Positions 26,845 through 39,170 of a DNA stretch of 64,000 bases are shown in pieces. The translations under genes and the position numbers were made by a program. Source of the DNA: Rhynchobatus australiae (taxonomy: Eukaryota); NCBI GenBank assembly GCA_034780895.1, contig JAUZTB010000001.1, forward strand, positions 98,962,559 through 99,026,558. Direction: 5' to 3'. The notes below the pieces were generated by a model. It was not told where the DNA came from and did not search any database. It worked only from the letters and a program-made list of their open reading frames with translations. Numbering within the stretch: the stretch's first letter is position 1; each line of letters begins with the position of its first letter.

Positions 26845-27085
26845 CCAATGTCCCAGCACAGCTTTCTTCCACTTTGGAGAATAGTGTTTAAAGACCAAGA
26901 TCTCAAATCCAGCACCAAGCACATGGACTATCAGGCACATGGACTATCAGGCACTGGCCCTCATTGCATTAAGGACATGGATAACTTGCAGCAGCATTTC
27001 AAGGCATTGGATACCACAGCACTTCAGAAAATCTTCCAAATCATTGGAAGGATAGATGGACTATTCCCAATATCCCCAGCAGCAA
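26845..27085 (+). mobile_element. RTE-like LINE fragment with internal 16-bp tandem duplication
   Basis: RIVFKDQDLKSSTK...LQKIFQI resembles the RTE VFxDxDLxxxTK...LRKILxI region; gcacatggactatcag occurs twice (26919-26950). Confidence 0.55.
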
Positions 27086-28414
27086 GGCTCTGAACACATC
27101 AAAGTCCTCATCCTTTTCTATAATTCTTTCTGACCTCTCTCTTCCTTAATTCATAATTTCCTCGAGTCATTTTAGCCTTTTCTGTACCCTCTGTTCATAT
27201 AAGTTTGTGTTTACTGCTCCCTCTCCCCTCATATCATTGACAGTATTCCCACTCTAATGCTATTTTCCAGGAATAGTTCTAAAATTTGACCTTTTTAAGC
27301 ACTAAAGGCAAACAATGGAAGCCTGAACTGGAAATGGTGTTGAAAATGAAGTTTTAGCATTGGGTAAGAGAGAAGTACAGATAGAATGGGAACAAAAAGC
27401 ATTCAAACTCTTATTGGAATTTCAAGTGAATGATGGGAAAATGTAAGATTTACAAAGAAAGGGAACCAGTAATCTTCACCTTTTACACACAGCTTCCTAA
27501 CTTGCCAAAGTAAAAGATACTTAATTCCATTTGTGCAAACAATAGTGATTGTTCCAAGGAAATTTCAAAACTTTGTTTTTGGTTTCCGGAGGACTAGTTT
27601 CCATGGAAGTCAGTTATATATTTGGTACACCTTCAGTTAATTACTCTTTTTAAATAACATAAATTGTCTTCCAAAGGAAAAAGCATTATCTTTCCAAAAT
27701 GCAACAAGGGAGCTTGCAACTAATCCTTCCTACTTCAAGTTGATAGCTTGCTGCTGAATCAAAAAGCTTGGGATTGATGGAAGATGTGTCTTCAAAGCCA
27801 CCTTCCATATGGCTTGTTTATAACAATAANNNNNNNNNNNNNNNNNNNNNNNNNNNNNNNNNTGCTGTTTGTGGTTTTCCTGTGATTTTTTTTTACTATT
27901 TTAGTAGTCTGATTGATTTTGGGTTTAAACCCTGCTCAGTTAGAGTACATGCTGAAGCCATCTCATCTTTGCAGGCTTCTGTTCAAGATAACCCAGTGGC
28001 TGTACATTCTATGCTGTCATATTTTATGAGGGGAATCTAGAAGATTAGACCAGATGATAGAGAATTTTGATAACAAAGACATGTTTAATGTTGAAGTCGT
28101 ATTCTTTAAAATATTCACAATTAATAGCATTTTTGAAGACTGCATGTGGTGAAAAGTGTTTTATTATGCTGTGATGCCATTGATGTGCGTTGCTTCTTGC
28201 ATTAAAAAAAATCTTTGTGCTGTATATAAAAAAAAAGTAAAGGAAAAACATGCTGATCATCAAAATTAACGTAGTACCAGTTTTAAATGTGTATTTTGAA
28301 GGGGAGTAGAAATGAAAGTCCCATCAAGGCAGAACAAAGCACAAGTGATATCATTGCACTGTTTTCCTGTAGTGTGAAGCTTTAACTCACAAATAAATGT
28401 GTCTGTTACTGCAG

Positions 28415-28509
28415 ATTTCTCAGAAGTACGGGGTGCATGTGTGTGGAGAAGGTTGAGAGTATGAAACCTTTACTTTGGATTGTCCTTTATTCAGGAAGCG
28501 AATTGTTGT
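28415..28509 (+). CDS. DPH6: DPH6 coding exon (human exon 7 homolog), ISQKYGVHVCGEG*EYETFTLDCPLFRKRIV(V), with an in-frame TGA at 28454-28456
   Basis: ctgcag acceptor (AG 28413-28414), donor gtgagt at 28510; 95 bp; phase 0 to 2. Codons read GGA GAA GGT TGA GAG TAT GAA ACC where the family motif is GEGGEYET. Confidence 0.95.
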
Positions 28510-30499
28510 GTGAGTTATTGTTTCCTCAATTAAAAATCCATCTGAATATATCTGTGCATTTTTAAATACTGGCAAAGTGCTGCTTGGAACAGCTATACTC
28601 ATTGACTGATTTGTGTCTGTTTTGAGAGCTGTTTTGTCAGGAATTTATACTTCATGATAATGGAAGATGGCAATGACACAAAAATTAAAATCTATTTTTA
28701 TTTTTGCTATGTTTGCAAATGAACTTGTAGAATTTTTATCCATAACTGTGCAGTAACGATATATCACTGGGATTTTAATTTTGTAATTTTAACAGAAAAT
28801 GTACATTTATTAAATTCTTTTTTGTGCAACATCTTAAAATGCATTCATTTTATTCTATCTTGAAATAATCACGCTTTTGGCAGAGCATTATTTTGCTGTC
28901 CTAGCATATATATTCACTGTCAATAAAAGCCATTTTGATTGGTGGTGTTATTAGTAATTGTGAAGATGCATATTAAGTCAATTTTGACAATTCCTAGAAG
29001 CACACTACCTGATGAACAGGGAAACGAAAGCACAACCTCATACCAGCAGATTGCCAAAGACCCCAGTGGCCTATAAAAGAGACAAATTCATTTCTTAAAA
29101 AATATAAAAGTTGTAGAACTAAGGAAGCAATTTTGAATACAAAAGAACATCAGAGAGGATCTTAATGAAAATGTCCTGTCTGAACTAGTGTTAAATAAAA
29201 AAAGACTATTCATTGATGGAGTCTAGCCCTGCTAATTGGTTTTTGTTCAAAATCATAATGATTTTCAAGGTTAAACTATTAATAGAAATGAATGCTTGCA
29301 TGACTGTAACTATCTTGCACTGGCTTGTGCATTGTCTTCAAAAACTCAAGTTACAAGCTCATTAAACTTCGTATCACATTCTGATGGCCATTGGATAATG
29401 GGATGATTAGCCACAGGGAATGATTAGGACAGTTGTCATTGCTCCATTAAGGAAAATTAGATAAATGTTGAAAGGAGAGAAATAAATGAGACAACTGAGA
29501 GAGAGAAAAAAAAACACCATTAAAGTTAGTTTTGGATTGGATTAACAAAGTTTTGGCATTGACATTATGAATGATCTCCTCTACACAAAAACTGCTTTGG
29601 TTCTAAATCCAAATGCCAACTCTGAGGTTTTTGCACAATTCCTTCATCATATTTAAAATTGCAATGGCCTGTTGAAATTTGGCACAGTTTACTTGTACAA
29701 TTTAACTTTAATCCAGAAAGCATCCTTTTTGAACATTCTGAGAGAAAGTATGCCTCCATTTAATATTCTGTTCACAATGGCTTTACTTTTCAGGCAAAAC
29801 TTTTTATATGTTCTTTTGCTCATTTGTTTTTTTATAAGTTTCTGATACCACTTAGCCTCTTGTAGAAATGTGAATTAAATCTGATTCCCACCCACTGTTG
29901 TGGAGCTACTCCTTCCTTTCCCTGTTCATTGCTTCCTCCAATAGTCATTGTCTATCCTAGTCAGTGGTCAAAACATTTCTTTTAGCAGGTCTCCCTGTTC
30001 TGTTTGTGACCATAGCCTGTCTCATCTTCCTTCTGCTTAAAGATAAAGCTCCTGACTCTTTTCAATCTTGGCCGGTTGCCAGCACACCATCAGTTGGTTT
30101 GGCAACCTTGAGCTCTTTGTGGCTGTGGTTCTTGGTTGTTCCTCCACTGTTTCTCTTCTGTTTTTGTTTGTAAGAATTTTTTTCTGCAAAATACTTTGCA
30201 ACCATTCCAACAACTTGTATCTCCCCATAACTCTATTGGCCAGAGGTGCAATAAGGCAAACTCAATACAAAGCCAAGTAACATCAGTGTCCAAAAGTTTA
30301 ATCAAGATTGCAAGTTTTAAGGAGGGCTTTAGAGAAGGGTTAAAGAGATTAAGGCTAAGGCAGCTGAAGGCACTACTGACAACAGCAAGGAAAAGCAATG
30401 GTGGCAAACCTCATCAATGACCCTCCCTTCATTCATATGGCCATAAGTAGGGGTTTATTGAAAGCAGTGTTCAGCTCCAAGTATAAATCTTTATCTAAA

Positions 30500-30848
30500 G
30501 AAGGTAAGGTAAGGTTTCTTTATTAGTCACATGTACATCAAAACACACAGTGAAATGCATCTTTTGTGTCGAGTGTTCTGCAGGCAGCCTGCAAGTGTCG
30601 CCACACTCCCGGCGCCAACATAGTATGCCCACAACTTCCTAACCTGTACGTCTTTGGAATATGGGAGGANNNNNNNNNNNNNNNNNNNNNNNNNNNNNNN
30701 NNNNNNNNNNNNNNNNNNNNNNNNNNNNNNNNNNNNNNNNNNNNNNNNNNNNNNNNNNNNNNNNNNNNNCCTTACAGACAGCAGTTGGAATTGAACCGGG
30801 GTCACTCGCATTGTAATAGCGTTACACAAACCACTACACTGCCGTGCC
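30500..30848 (-). mobile_element. tRNA-derived V-SINE (elasmobranch type)
   Basis: gtctttggaatatgggagga...cttacagacagc...ggaattgaaccggggtc (B-box on minus strand); short tandem aaggt tail. Confidence 0.75.
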
Positions 30849-32255
30849 TGCAGAATCCAATGCAGGATTGGTGTCTCAATCAGAAGCAGTGTTGCCCAGG
30901 CACTTGCTCCCAGGCTTTGCTAATGAGTGGCAAATCATGGAACCACCTCTACAATTATACAGGAACATCAGGATTCTAATCGACTTCCCAAATGTTTATT
31001 GTAGTTTTTATTTTGATATAAAATTAGACACCCTGGATTCCATTTCATCCTCTTCTTCTCAAATAGCATGTTGTATTCCTTCTGGTAAATTCTAATCTGT
31101 ATTGCAGATGTGAAATAAAATCAGAAAATGCTGAAGTTATTTATTTGGTCAAGGAGACACAACTTAACATTTCACAGTGCTGACCATTCATCAGAAATCC
31201 TCATCATTACATTATGTAATTATTCTACACTAAATGTATGCTAAGAACATTAAAGGAATTAAAAAAAAATCACTGTTTTAAGTGCAAGTAATTATCTCAT
31301 AACAACAAAAGAGGTGGCTACTCATCCTATCGTGTCAATGCCAGCTCCCCACAGAGCAATCCCATCCATCCCATTAACCCCTCCTTATTTCCCTGTAGCC
31401 CTGCAACTTATTCACGCACATAGGAATGTAGGTGGCTGTATGGAGGCCACCAGTTCGTCTGTTTGTTTGCATGATCTCTGCGGGCATTATGTCTGATAAA
31501 CTGAGGCCAGAGTTTCTAAGCCAGAGGAGGTGGCATTCCAACAGAAATCCTATCTTTTCAAACCTATAACAAGAATGAAAAGGAAAACTAGAAGCAATAA
31601 ATATGCATAACATGGAGAAATTACAGAATGGTGAGGGAAAAGCCAACTTAAAAGCAACCAGATAGAAAATGGGGCTAGTAGCTGTTTATAATGGGAGTTC
31701 TTTGATGTAGCTCATATTGATTGTAATGAAAGGCAAGTCATAAGGGCTAAAGAATGTGGAATCTGGAATGGGACAGAAAGCAGAGGCAAATGAATAAAAT
31801 GTTGAAATCATTTTTAAAAAGGCAGTAAATTGCACCTTTTTCCCATTACTGTCAGACTTAATTGTGTCTTTCACTAAATGGACAGCTTAATTGGAGTGAT
31901 AGAAAATCTTGATGCAAACAGTGCCTCTTGCCTTTGTTCAGATGGAGATGTGCTTTATAAAAGAAGAGAAAATGAACCGGTGTTACTTAGACTGAATGCA
32001 TTCTGAACTATTTTACAAAATGTGGTATTTACGAAAAACTCTGCAAGATTTTTGTAATTCATGTAACCAAAGACAGAACTTAGTGGATTCAGAATGTTTG
32101 GAACATTTGCACAACAGTTTGCTTAACGGGCAATGCATTTGATCAATAATCACCATAAAGTATTAGTTTGACATGATACACAGCTTGTGTTGTCAATGTA
32201 ATGTTTTCTGGTGATTCTGTTGGCATGCTTACAATTATGTTCTTATTTTAAACAG

Positions 32256-32349
32256 TGATTCTTCAGATGTTGTTATTCATTCTGCTGATGCGTTTGCACC
32301 TGTGGGCTACCTTCGTTTATTGAACTTGCATCTGGAGGATAAACCCCTT
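32256..32349 (+). CDS. DPH6: DPH6 coding exon (human exon 8 homolog), (V)DSSDVVIHSADAFAPVGYLRLLNLHLEDKPL
   Basis: ttttaaacag acceptor, donor gtaagt at 32350; 94 bp; phase 2 to 0; VIHSADAFAPV.YL motif. Confidence 0.95.
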
Positions 32350-35300
32350 GTAAGTATCAGGATGTTACTTTCATGAAGTAGAATTCATGTACCTATGCCA
32401 AAATGTGACATACTTAATGCAAAGGTGACTGGTATATTTGGATTGAAAATATTTCTAAATATAAGCTGAGTTTGGATTGGTAAAGCCGCAATTACTTTTG
32501 ATATATTGCAGAAACTCTGCACTAGTGTATAGAACTAACTTGGCAGAATGTGGGATCATTTGTTTCATAAATTAATTGAGTGAATACAGTGTAGTACAGA
32601 GTTATAATTCTTAAGTAATGCACAGATGCTGAAATTTGAATTAGGATAAATTAACCTTTTTGCTTTGTGTTGTAGAAGAATGCCATATTTCAATTGACCA
32701 AGCTAGATGTGCAAGATCACAGTTCTGTTCTGTCACTTTGTGAAATGTATGGCACAGCAGTAACCTCTCAATTTAGAGACCAAGTCCAGAGTAATTATCT
32801 TACTTGTTGTCAGAATCTTTCATTTGGTTGGAGCTCTGTATACTTACAAAGATCCTTTATATGTCCATTAAACAATGCTTGTTCCACCAGTTTTCAAACC
32901 TTAAAGCAGTTTCATCGATACACTGTAACACCATGTTAGAAAAAAATTCTTGATATAGTTGTGCACCAACCACAGTTGCTTATGTGGTGGATGGTTCAAC
33001 TCCCATTGAAGAAACTTGAGCATGAAATCTAGGCTGACATTCCTGTGTAGTACTTGAGAAGACCTATACCATTTCAGCTCACTTCGAATTTTGCCAGATA
33101 GTCTCATAGGAAATTAAGTTAAGGCAAAGGGTTAATGACAAAAGGAGCAATTTATAGCAGCGACAACATGATTCTGAAAGTTTGTCCAAATATCAACTTT
33201 ATATACCATATTCACTTTAAATAATTTTTTCATCCCTGGGATTTTGGATCTTAACTTATCAAATATTCCAGAATGTTATATTGGAAACAAAAATTAATGA
33301 TTGTAGAAGTTTACTATTTTAATGAAGGTTTCAAAGCTTGATCAGATGAATCATCATGGGNNNNNNNNNNNNNNNNNNNNNNNNNNNNNNNNNNNNNNNN
33401 NNNNNNNNNNNNNNNNNNNNNNNNNNNNNNNNNNNNNNNNNNNNNNNNNNNNNNNNNNNNNNNNNNNNNNNNNNNNNNNNNNNNNNNNNNNNGTAACCAG
33501 TGAATTGTTCTATATGGATTTTTTTAGTCATGTTAAAGTTGCCTTATGTTATAATCTTTACACTTTTGAAAACTTTAGCTGCTGCTATTAATTAATTGTG
33601 TATGAGAGCAGAGGCTATTGATTCCACTCACCTGCATGTTGGATTCCACTGAGGTCATTTAAACTGAATCTTTGAGTTTTGTCAAGTACACGTTAAGCAC
33701 AAGCAATCAAAGACAAATTTCCTGCTTTCTTTGTAACAGCCTTGTTTTTCAGTAGAGTCAAAGTTACCACTCTTGGCTATATCAAAGTATGTTTAATGCA
33801 AATTTTTAAGTAAGTATGCCCTATACTATACAGAGCTACACAAGTTCATTGAATATCTGGTCATATGCAAATAAATTTGATCAGAAATGAGCAAATGAAA
33901 CGCTTCTTAAAACTAGCTCAAGTTTGAATGTGGTTTGTACCCAGATCAGTGCTGGTGTTCAAAGCAGAAACTCTTGAACTAATAATGTACTGTGAGTAGT
34001 CCAATTGTTTACAGGGATGTGGTCCAGCAATTGAATTTGAAAAGATTTTGTTGAAGTATAGTGAACATACAACTTGAAGTCCTGGGAGATTCAGAACTGA
34101 ATGTTGAAAATTGTGAATCACAAAAGCAGCTGTGATTGTAGATAGTACTTATGAATACTGTTCCAATGTAATGGAATTTCCACTCTCCTTGTTTTGGACT
34201 TTATTACATATTGTATCACATTTATACATTTGTAGCATTCTTTGCCAGACCATAAGTTAGCCAGTTTTATTTTGATGTAAGTTAAGATGGGGCTGAGTCT
34301 GCAGTTGGCAGCCAGCATTTCATGGATAGATTGAGGATTTGATTTTTTTTTGTAAGGAGATGCTCTATTTTCATATTTTTTATGCTAACTAAACTGGAAC
34401 TTGATCAAAAAACATTTTCCATTATTGGGGCAAAGATGATTGAGGGNNNNNNNNNNNNNNNNNNNNNNNNNNNNNNNNNNNNNNNNNNNNNNNNNNNNNN
34501 NNNNNNNNNNNNNNNNNNNNNNNNNNNNNNNNNNNNNNNNNNNNNNGCCACCAATCTTTGTGTCATCTGCTAATACTAACCCACCAATCCACATTTTCAT
34601 CCAAGTCATTTCTATATATCACAAACAGCAGACGTCCCAGTATGGATCCCTGCAAAACACCACTAGTCAGGGATCTCCAGCCAGAATAAGACCCATTGAC
34701 CACTACCCTCTGTCTTCTATGGGCAAGCCAATTCTGAATCGAAACAGCCAAGTCACCGTGGATCCCATGCATCTTAATCTTCCGGATGAGACCCCATCAG
34801 GGACCTTGTCAAATGCCTTAATAAAATCCATGTAAATAACATCTACTGCTCCACCCTCATCTATCACCTTCGTCACCTCCTCAAAAAATTCAATCAAGTT
34901 AGCAAGACATGACCTGCCCCACACAAAGCCATGCTGACTGTCCCTAATTAGGCCATGCTTTTCCAAACACTCATAAATCCTATCCCTGAGATTCCTCTCC
35001 AGTAACTTCCACTGACATGAGACTCACTGACATGAGACTCACTAGTCTGTAATTCCCAGGATTATCCCTATTTCCCTTATTGAACAATGGAATAACATCA
35101 GCTACTTGTTAATCCTCCAGGACCTCGCCTGAGGCTAGAGAGGACACAGAGATCTTGGTCAAGGCCCCAGCAATCTCAGCTCTTGCCTCTCTCATTAACT
35201 AGGGGTATATCCCATCAGTCCCTGGGGACTTATACACCTTAACATTCTTCAGGAGACCCAACACCACCTTTCTTTATCTCAAAATGCCCTAGCATATTAA

Positions 35301-35422
35301 CATGCTTCACACTGATCTCGCTATCCTCCATGTCATTCTCCTTTGGTGAATACTGATGCAGAGTACTTATTTTGGACCTCGCCCACACCCTCTGTCTCCA
35401 AGCACATGTTTCCTCCTTTATC

Positions 35423-35657
35423 AACAAACAAACTGCTGGAGGAACTCAGCAGATCGAGCAGCATCTATGGGAGGAAAGGAACCGTCAGTGTTTTAGGTTG
35501 AAACCCTGCATCAGGAACTGATCATGGGCCCTGATGCAGGGTTTTGACCCGAAATATCGACAATTCCTTTCCTTCCACAGATGCTGCGCGACTTGCTAAG
35601 TTCCTCCAGCAGATTGTTTGTTGCTCCTTATTCCAGCATCTGCAGTCTCTTGTGTAC
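35423..35657. mobile_element. Inverted-repeat Penelope-derived element with 11-bp target-site duplication
   Basis: Inverted arms of about 90 bp (35423-35514 / 35530-35623); direct repeat cctcctttatc at 35412-35422 and 35658-35668. Confidence 0.8.
35527..35562 (+). ncRNA. Variant minimal hammerhead-like motif
   Basis: CUGAUGC-A-GGGU(UUUG)ACCC-GAAA-UAUC-GAC; first box deviates from CUGAUGA. Confidence 0.4.
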
Positions 35658-37231
35658 CCTCCTTTATCCTTGAGTGGTCCTACCCTACCCCAAGTTATCC
35701 TCTTGCTCTTGATGCATGTATACAATATCCTGGGGTCACATAAATCACATTGTTTGCTGGAATTTGCTGGACTCCAGCATAATGGATTATTAACTCCAAA
35801 TGCATGAAACTTCCCAGGGAAAGATAACCAAAGCATTCATGTCTGGGAGCAACACTCTTTGGCCGAAGTGGCAATACACAATCCATCTTTTTGCTTCTGT
35901 GAACTTCACCAGTTGTAATGAGGTCCAGTTACACTAAACAGTGACTAATTCCAATCAAGGCTTTGTAAGTCAATCAGTTAGAAGCCTGGTTGTAATTGGT
36001 GACACCCTTAAGTTGATGTCATTCCTGCTGCGACACACTGGTCATGCAGTGTGAGTTGAACACATGGTGTTATCTCCATCATCAAGGTACCAAGGTTTAA
36101 TCCCAAATTATTAACCTCAACTACTGTGGCAGCAAAAACCTGCATGGCATCACTGGTCTTGGAGGAGTTCCTGCTTCTGATTGCTATCTGGTGACACCAT
36201 TAGAAAAGTCCATATGTGAGAAACCAATGTGTGAATATGATTGATTTTAGTGGTCTTACTCCCACAGTAAAGTAGCATTCTTACCTTTATATTATAGTTT
36301 ACACAGGAAGATTCACTAAAAACAGGAGAAGAAACACTGGGTGGGAGTGGGAGGGTAAAAGAATTAGAATCTGGATAAAAAGTTCAGACCAGTCCATTTG
36401 ATATATTATGGCAAATCCTGTTTTGGGATACAACTTGATTATTTAAAAAAGTCCTTTTCCCTCCTCACTCTCTCATCTCACACCCAGCTAAACCAGAAAC
36501 TAAAATTAGACCTTCCAATTCACTTGTGAGTGGCTTGGCTTCATCAGTATTTTCTGTATTCAGCATCAGTAATACAAATGGTATTTTACATAAATAGTAA
36601 AACAGCATCTTGATATATTACACATATGTCACAACACATTTAGCTAACTAAGGATTTCCTTATCATTGTGCAAAAGTTAAAAATTTATGAAGAAGCATGA
36701 TATTGTGGTATTTATGGTAGGTAACAATTATAGCTAATGCATCTATTTCAAAATGTTTGGGGCACAATATATTGAGTCAAAATGGCTGCAAATTCCAGAT
36801 TTGATACCAGATTTAAAACCATAAGTTCAATTTGGAACCCCNNNNNNNNNNACCCCCCTACCAGGCAGAATCCAAGTAGGAGGGCAGTCTTTCTTCTAGT
36901 TTCATGTAGAATGAGTGCCCCACAAGAAAACATTGGGCCTCCTTCACGCTCCCCTGGTGGGTTTCTCCTCCGAACATTTAATTGGGTGATTGATGTGCAT
37001 CCCCAGTGGTGACCTCCTGCTGCTTAGTTTTAACATTGCAGCAACCATTTCCTGCAGATTTCTGAAGACTGTAAGTGGCCTGTTAGTCTTGCCCTGCCAT
37101 TCCCATCAGCCATGTCCACTTGCTGCCACTTTGGGAAGGCCACAGAAGTGGCTATGCTGTAATAGAGCCAAGTGCAGTTACATATTTTACATGAAGAGGA
37201 AATTAATTTTTAACTGACTTTTTTTTTAAAG

Positions 37232-37379
37232 CATATACCTTCTAGCATAGCACTTGGTGCTCAGCAGCCTTGTTCATCCTGCTTCAATCAGGAGACTAGC
37301 ACAAAAAATGATGATTACAGAGAGCTATCAAAACCACAGGTCACCTGGGATCTCACCTCAAGTAATCCTTCTGACTCTG
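37232..37379 (+). CDS. DPH6: Probable DPH6 linker exon (long isoform), HIPSSIALGAQQPCSSCFNQETSTKNDDYRELSKPQVTWDLTSSNPSDS
   Basis: Branch-like ctgac, T-tract and aag acceptor (AG 37230-37231); donor G|gtaagt. 148 bp open in phase 0 and ending in phase 1, exactly bridging the flanking exons. Low sequence conservation, so the call rests on splice signals and phase. Confidence 0.75.
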
Positions 37380-37509
37380 GTAAGTTCATGACCGAAAAGT
37401 AGTCATGTACCTTAACTAATAATGGACAATCAATGAAAAATGCGCTTAAATGACAACTTACTGTATTTATAAAAATAGCTTTGATTCACTGAAGATTCTA
37501 GAAGCTTAC

Positions 37510-38760
37510 TGCTGTGAAGGAGCCTGTGCTGCCTCTTTGATAGAACTGTCTAAATCTATTTTATATACCAACTTTTCCTTCATAACTCTGCGAACTAATT
37601 CTCTTCAAATATGTCCATTTGCTGTCAGCAAGTTCCTAGAGAATTATAAGTAATGTATTCCTGGCTTTAACATCTCACTAATATCCTAATTTCCTGTCTA
37701 GTTCTTTGGCCAATTGTATTAGATTTGTGACTTTGGGTTGCCAATTCACTTGCCAGAGAAAATGGTTTCTCATATGTATTAGAAAGAAACTTTTGCAAGT
37801 TTAAGGTTCTCAATTAGGTCTCTTCTAAACTCTGTCTACTCAGAGGTGATCAATTGCAGTTTGTCCAATACATCCTCATAACTGAAGAACATTATTAGTG
37901 TTGCAGCACAGGAAGAGGCCTTTTGATCCATTGTACATTTGCTGGTTCTTCGAAAAATCTATGCATTTACCTCCTCCCCTGTTCTTATCCCAGTAATAAT
38001 TTTCTTCTTAAATGCTTATCCTTTTAGAAAATTGCCATTGAATTTCCTTCCAGTTCCCTTTCAGGTTGTGCTTCAGATCACAATGACCCACTGATAAAAA
38101 GGAAGCTTCCTATGTCACCTTTGGTTCCTTCAGCAGTCATTTTAAATCTGTGTCATTTAGTTCTGAACCTTCTGTCACTGCAATCAATTTCTCCTTATTT
38201 ATCCTGTCAAGGTATTTTATAATGATTCAACATAAATCTCTTCCTGTTGTCCTCCGTGCCTCTGTTTTAAAAAAGGCAAGCCTCTGTTTATAATGCCTTT
38301 ATAACAGCCTTCTCAAGTTGTTTTGCAGCTTTCAGAGTTAGGTACCCTCAGCCCCCAGGTTTGTTCCTGCACTCTCTTTAAAATTCTAGCATATACTTAA
38401 TATTGCCTCTCATTTGTCCTGCAAACTGTATCCCTGGTGTCATCCTTGAAAACCTCATCTGTAACTCTCTAGGGGGTTTCTCCAACCAGCCTAAAGTGCA
38501 GGATCTCAAAATTTTACATGATACTACAGCTGATGTATAACCAGCCCCTTGCAGCATGTTAACATTACATGCTTGGTTTTGTGTTCATTGCTTTGATTTA
38601 CAAAGCCAGGTGCCTTATGCATTTTTTAACTGTCGTCTCAACTTGCCATACCATCTTCAAAGATCTGTGAATACGCATCACTGGGTCCCTGTGCTCTTGT
38701 AGCCCCTTCAAAATAATACTGTTTAGATTCTCCTGTATCTCTGTAAAAATTCTTCCCAAA
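37510..38760 (-). mobile_element. Old, highly decayed CR1-like LINE fragments
   Basis: Repeated remnants such as tttaaatctgtg...ttag and caacttgcc..accatcttcaaagatctgtg that parallel minus-strand CR1 copies. Confidence 0.45.
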
Positions 38761-38847
38761 GCAAATTACTTATTAAAAGAAAGTATGGCAGTAAAGACGT
38801 CTTGCTGAGATTGTGCAGGGCTTTGGAGACAGCTTTTTAAGCAGTAA

Positions 38848-39170
38848 TGAGTGCATTGGTGGTACAGCAATTCCATTGCCAGACTATTGAACCAGAGGTA
38901 ACAATACAGAAACCAGAATTCAAAATTTCACCATGGCATTTGTGGAATTTAAATTTTCATTTTGGGATACAAAAATACTTGTGCTTAGCAATGGTGACCA
39001 AGCACTACCAGATTGTCATAAAAACCCATCAGGAGATGGAAATTGCCATCCTTACTTGGTCTTGCCTTTATGTGACTTCAGACCAAGCAGTGTGGTTGAC
39101 TTTTCAGTACCCTCTGAAATAGCTTAGCAAACCATTCTAATGCCAAGGGCAGTTAGTGATGGCCAATAAT
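38848..39170 (+). mobile_element. Elasmobranch tRNA-derived SINE nested in a decayed CR1 (about 38780-39600)
   Basis: caccatggca..tgtggaatttaaatt, aatggtgacca, aaaaacccatc, gccatccttac.tggtc, tgtggttgact, aagggcagttag resemble a common shark SINE as I recall it; CR1 coding remnants flank both sides. Confidence 0.6.

Larger units (their letters stand above)
34546..35730 (-). mobile_element. CR1 LINE RT fragment interrupted by a nested insertion
   Basis: QHGFVWGRSCLANLIEFFEEVT...VDVIYMDFIKAFDKVP; SGVLQGSILG.LLFVIY.NDLD; ADDTKIGG. Confidence 0.93.

Noticed and set aside
28454-28456. Selenocysteine interpretation of the TGA
   Set aside because: The aligned residue is Gly, not Cys; no SECIS can be seen in the window; DPH6 is not a known selenoprotein. 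Retained only as a remote possibility.
30780-30848. tRNA-like B-box sequence
   Set aside because: Head of a tRNA-derived SINE; no complete cloverleaf is evident.
35010-35039. 15-bp tandem duplication cactgacatgagact x2
   Set aside because: Slippage within a dead CR1 copy; no functional implication.
37241-37300. Alternative acceptor tctag|catagc for the linker exon
   Set aside because: In the required phase 0 it reaches a TAG stop within the exon; the upstream aag acceptor gives an open, phase-compatible exon.
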